Positions 45,193 to 47,576 of a stretch of DNA of 47,576 nucleotides are shown here, piece after piece. The translations under genes and the position numbers were made by a program. Below the pieces are notes generated by a model, which worked only from the letters and a program-made list of their open reading frames with translations, had not been told where the DNA came from and did not search any database. The DNA comes from Bacillales bacterium UBA5455 (lineage in GTDB: Bacteria; Bacillota_I; Bacilli_A; RFN20; CAG-826): contig DIQT01000007.1 of assembly GCA_002427365.1 (NCBI GenBank), forward strand, positions 1 to 47,576. The letters run 5' to 3'. Each line of letters opens with the position of its first letter. Within the stretch, counting starts at the first letter, position 1.

Positions 45193-45729
45193 ATGATGGA
45201 TAAACCACAAGTAGAAAAAAAACCACGGAATATTTTTGCGCAAATTGGGTTAGGGCTCATGATTGTTTTTTTGAACGCTAGTTTTATTGCCGATATTGTT
45301 TATTATTTCGATTTAAAACATCATAGCGGTCATATTCCCAATCTTCTAATAGGCGATATTATTTTTATGGTTTTGTTTTTAAGTATGAGTGTTATTACTT
45401 GGCGGCATAGTTTTAATAATCCTGTCTTATGGGAAGAAAAAAAGAAACTCGCAATTATTGTCGCGCTTTTATATTTCTTTTACTATTTATATTTTATCGG
45501 TTCCAAGCTAAGCGACCGCTGGGATGTTGATTTTGGTGTTTTCACTTTAGTAATGTATGCGGCAATTATTCCGGATGGTTTGTTATGGTGGGATATTTAT
45601 GGAACAAAAGCGCGCGCCGATAAATATTTCGCCTATCTATTTTCATTAAAACAGTTATCCTTATATGAGCAACGGAAACTTCAAGCGTTTAATAAAGAAG
45701 ATTCCTCTAAGCAAGAACAAAATAACTAG
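45193..45729 (+). CDS. Hypothetical four-TM membrane protein (start 45193; the called GTG at 45166 overlaps a TGgTAAAAT -10)
   Basis: Four hydrophobic segments, host-like codon usage. Confidence 0.7.
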   Translation: MMDKPQVEKKPRNIFAQIGLGLMIVFLNASFIADIVYYFDLKHHSGHIPNLLIGDIIFMVLFLSMSVITWRHSFNNPVLWEEKKKLAIIVALLYFFYYLYFIGSKLSDRWDVDFGVFTLVMYAAIIPDGLLWWDIYGTKARADKYFAYLFSLKQLSLYEQRKLQAFNKEDSSKQEQNN

Positions 45730-45756
45730 GAAGTATAAATAAGTAAGAAGGAAATT

Positions 45757-46737
45757 ATGAACAATCGTAAACGAGACGCAATTAAAGGGCGGGTTAGTAA
45801 ACCCACGCCTAAAAAGAAACAACCAAAGTCTTCAAGTCCAAGAAAACCAAGGAAAGATGACAACAAGGCTTTAGTGACCATTAATGTTCACGGCCAAGGC
45901 GAATTGCTTGAATATTTAATTAAGCAATTACCAAGCTATTCACGTACAAAGATTAAAGGCTATTTATCACGGAAACAAATTTCGGTTAACGGTGTTCCAA
46001 TTACCCAATTTGATTATCCATTAGCGAACAAAGATACAATTATTATTCATGAAAAGACTTTGCGGATTAATAAAGAAGATTCGCGGCGACTTAATATTAT
46101 TTATGAAGATGATGATTTTATTGTTATTAATAAACCAGCGGGCTTATTAAGTGTCGCTAGTGATAACGATAAACATGAAACGGCTTATCGCTATGTTAGT
46201 GATTATGTTAAACAAACGCATCCACGCGCGCGAATTTACGTTGTCCAACGACTTGATAAAGAAACAAGCGGTGTTCTCGCCTTTGTCAAAAGCGTTAAAA
46301 TGCGTAATGCCTTAACAAAAGATTGGAATACGTTAGTTAAAGAACGCGCGTATGCCGCGGTTACCGTTGGAACACCAAAGAAACTTGAAGACACATTAGA
46401 AGATTATTTATTTACGAACTCAACAAATTTAATGTTTGTTGGTAACAAATCACCCGAATCCGTTTTAGCTATTACAAAATATAAAGTTACTGCGCATAAT
46501 GATAAATTCGCGCTCCTTGATGTGCGGATTGAAACTGGAAAGAAAAACCAAATCCGTGTTCAACTAAAAAATATCGGAACACCGATTATTGGTGATGAAA
46601 AATATGAAACGCACGCTGATCCTCTAAAACGGTTAGGGCTTCATGCGTATTCACTCGTCTTAACTAATCCAATTACGGAACAAATATTACACTTTTCCGC
46701 CCCAACGCCGGATTCGTTTTTTCAACTAGTTAAATAA
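45757..46737 (+). CDS. RluA/RluD family RNA pseudouridine synthase with an S4-like domain
   Basis: INKPAGLL, catalytic QRLDKETSG, ETGKKNQIRVQ, IIGDEKY and LGLHA. Confidence 0.92.
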   Translation: MNNRKRDAIKGRVSKPTPKKKQPKSSSPRKPRKDDNKALVTINVHGQGELLEYLIKQLPSYSRTKIKGYLSRKQISVNGVPITQFDYPLANKDTIIIHEKTLRINKEDSRRLNIIYEDDDFIVINKPAGLLSVASDNDKHETAYRYVSDYVKQTHPRARIYVVQRLDKETSGVLAFVKSVKMRNALTKDWNTLVKERAYAAVTVGTPKKLEDTLEDYLFTNSTNLMFVGNKSPESVLAITKYKVTAHNDKFALLDVRIETGKKNQIRVQLKNIGTPIIGDEKYETHADPLKRLGLHAYSLVLTNPITEQILHFSAPTPDSFFQLVK

Positions 46738-46816
46738 CGAGAAAAAAGCGCCAAGAAGTTTGCAAAAACGCCGTTTCTCGGTTATTATTTATTTAAGAAG
46801 CAAAGAGGTAAAAATA

Positions 46817-47260
46817 ATGTTAAGTAATCAAACAGAAACAATCTTACGGTCTTATCAAAAATTAACACCTGCCGAACAAGAAACGTATAAGAAAGAATTT
46901 AGCGAAGACACAAAAAATCTTTATGATTATTTATTAGCGCTCGGCTGGTTGCCATTACTATTCTTAATTGTCCCCGTTTTACGGAAAGTCTGGTATATTT
47001 GGGTGATTTTAACAATTGCGGCGTTTGTCTTTTTACAACTTTTCTACTTTAGAAAATTTGCGCTTCATTTACTTAAAGAAAAGAACATGCGTGGCTTTAT
47101 GGAATTTCTTATTAAAGCCGAATTAGTGGGCGCACCCGAACCAATTGATGCGGATAAACCTAAACCAACCATTGAAGATAGTTTTATCCGTAGTTCCACT
47201 CCCGAAAAGCAACCGCCTGTTGAAGAAAAACCAGTTGAGGAAGAACCAACGGTCTTATAA
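46817..47260 (+). CDS. Hypothetical two-TM membrane protein (start 46817)
   Basis: GAGGT RBS, promoter TTGCAA-17 nt-TATTAT at 46760-46788, Pro/Glu-rich tail. Confidence 0.7.
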   Translation: MLSNQTETILRSYQKLTPAEQETYKKEFSEDTKNLYDYLLALGWLPLLFLIVPVLRKVWYIWVILTIAAFVFLQLFYFRKFALHLLKEKNMRGFMEFLIKAELVGAPEPIDADKPKPTIEDSFIRSSTPEKQPPVEEKPVEEEPTVL

Positions 47261-47274
47261 TAAAGCAAATAATG

Positions 47275-47305
47275 AACGCGCGCGAAAGCCGCGTTTTTCT
47301 TTTAT
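47275..47305 (+). terminator. Rho-independent terminator
   Basis: AACGCG..GC-GAAA-GC..CGCGTT followed by a T tract. Confidence 0.7.
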
Positions 47306-47447
47306 TTTCTTTTCCGCACAATTAGTTGCAAAAGCCATATATTTATAAGACAAAAGACAATTTTTGTTAAATTGTTTTCTTTTGTTAAAGAGATTTTTTA
47401 ATGTATAATTAAAAAGATCGAAATGAAGTATTGAAAGGAGATAACAC

Positions 47448-47576
47448 ATGAAATCGTTTCTAAAAAATTTACGTGAATCTTCCTTATCAATTGTTCCAGT
47501 AACAGCGGTTGTTTTTGTCCTCTTCGCCTTTGGCTGGATTGACATGTCCGGACCTGTTATTGTCCGCACCGTTATA
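47448..47576 (+). CDS. DUF1538-like membrane protein, 3'-truncated by the window edge
   Basis: AAGGAG RBS; MKSFLKNLRESSLSIVPVTAVV resembles DUF1538 N-termini. Only 43 codons are visible. Confidence 0.6.
   Translation, partial: MKSFLKNLRESSLSIVPVTAVVFVLFAFGWIDMSGPVIVRTVI

Overview
A low-GC (about 35% by eye) bacterial chromosome segment that starts just downstream of the replication origin, read with genetic code 11. It runs dnaN (partial)-yaaA-recF-gyrB-gyrA-(T-box)serS-SRP RNA-tadA, followed by about 35 housekeeping, transport, lipid, metal and redox genes, mostly on the + strand. The short SRP RNA, short MetRS, extended gyrase N-termini and fused MacB-like ABC gene suggest a reduced, Mollicutes-adjacent member of the Bacilli (inference). 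I see no tRNA, rRNA, CRISPR array, integrase or transposase. RNAs I can support are a Ser T-box, a 79-nt SRP RNA and a yybP-ykoY (Mn2+) riboswitch. The top candidate for a new system is at 39130-40119: a HEPN-like (RNMLSH) domain fused to a CBS pair, followed directly by an independently promoted and terminated, highly structured ~186-nt RNA with no plausible ORF. Other oddities are gyrase subunits with quinolone-resistance-type residues, a five-gene operon (P-type ATPase lacking the M4 Glu, orphan psuG, TetR, Fe-ADH, M50 pseudo-protease), a possible integration scar plus structured element at the rlmD 3' end, and a structured leader before a glycosyltransferase/acyltransferase pair. All family calls come from motif recognition by eye; no database searches were run.
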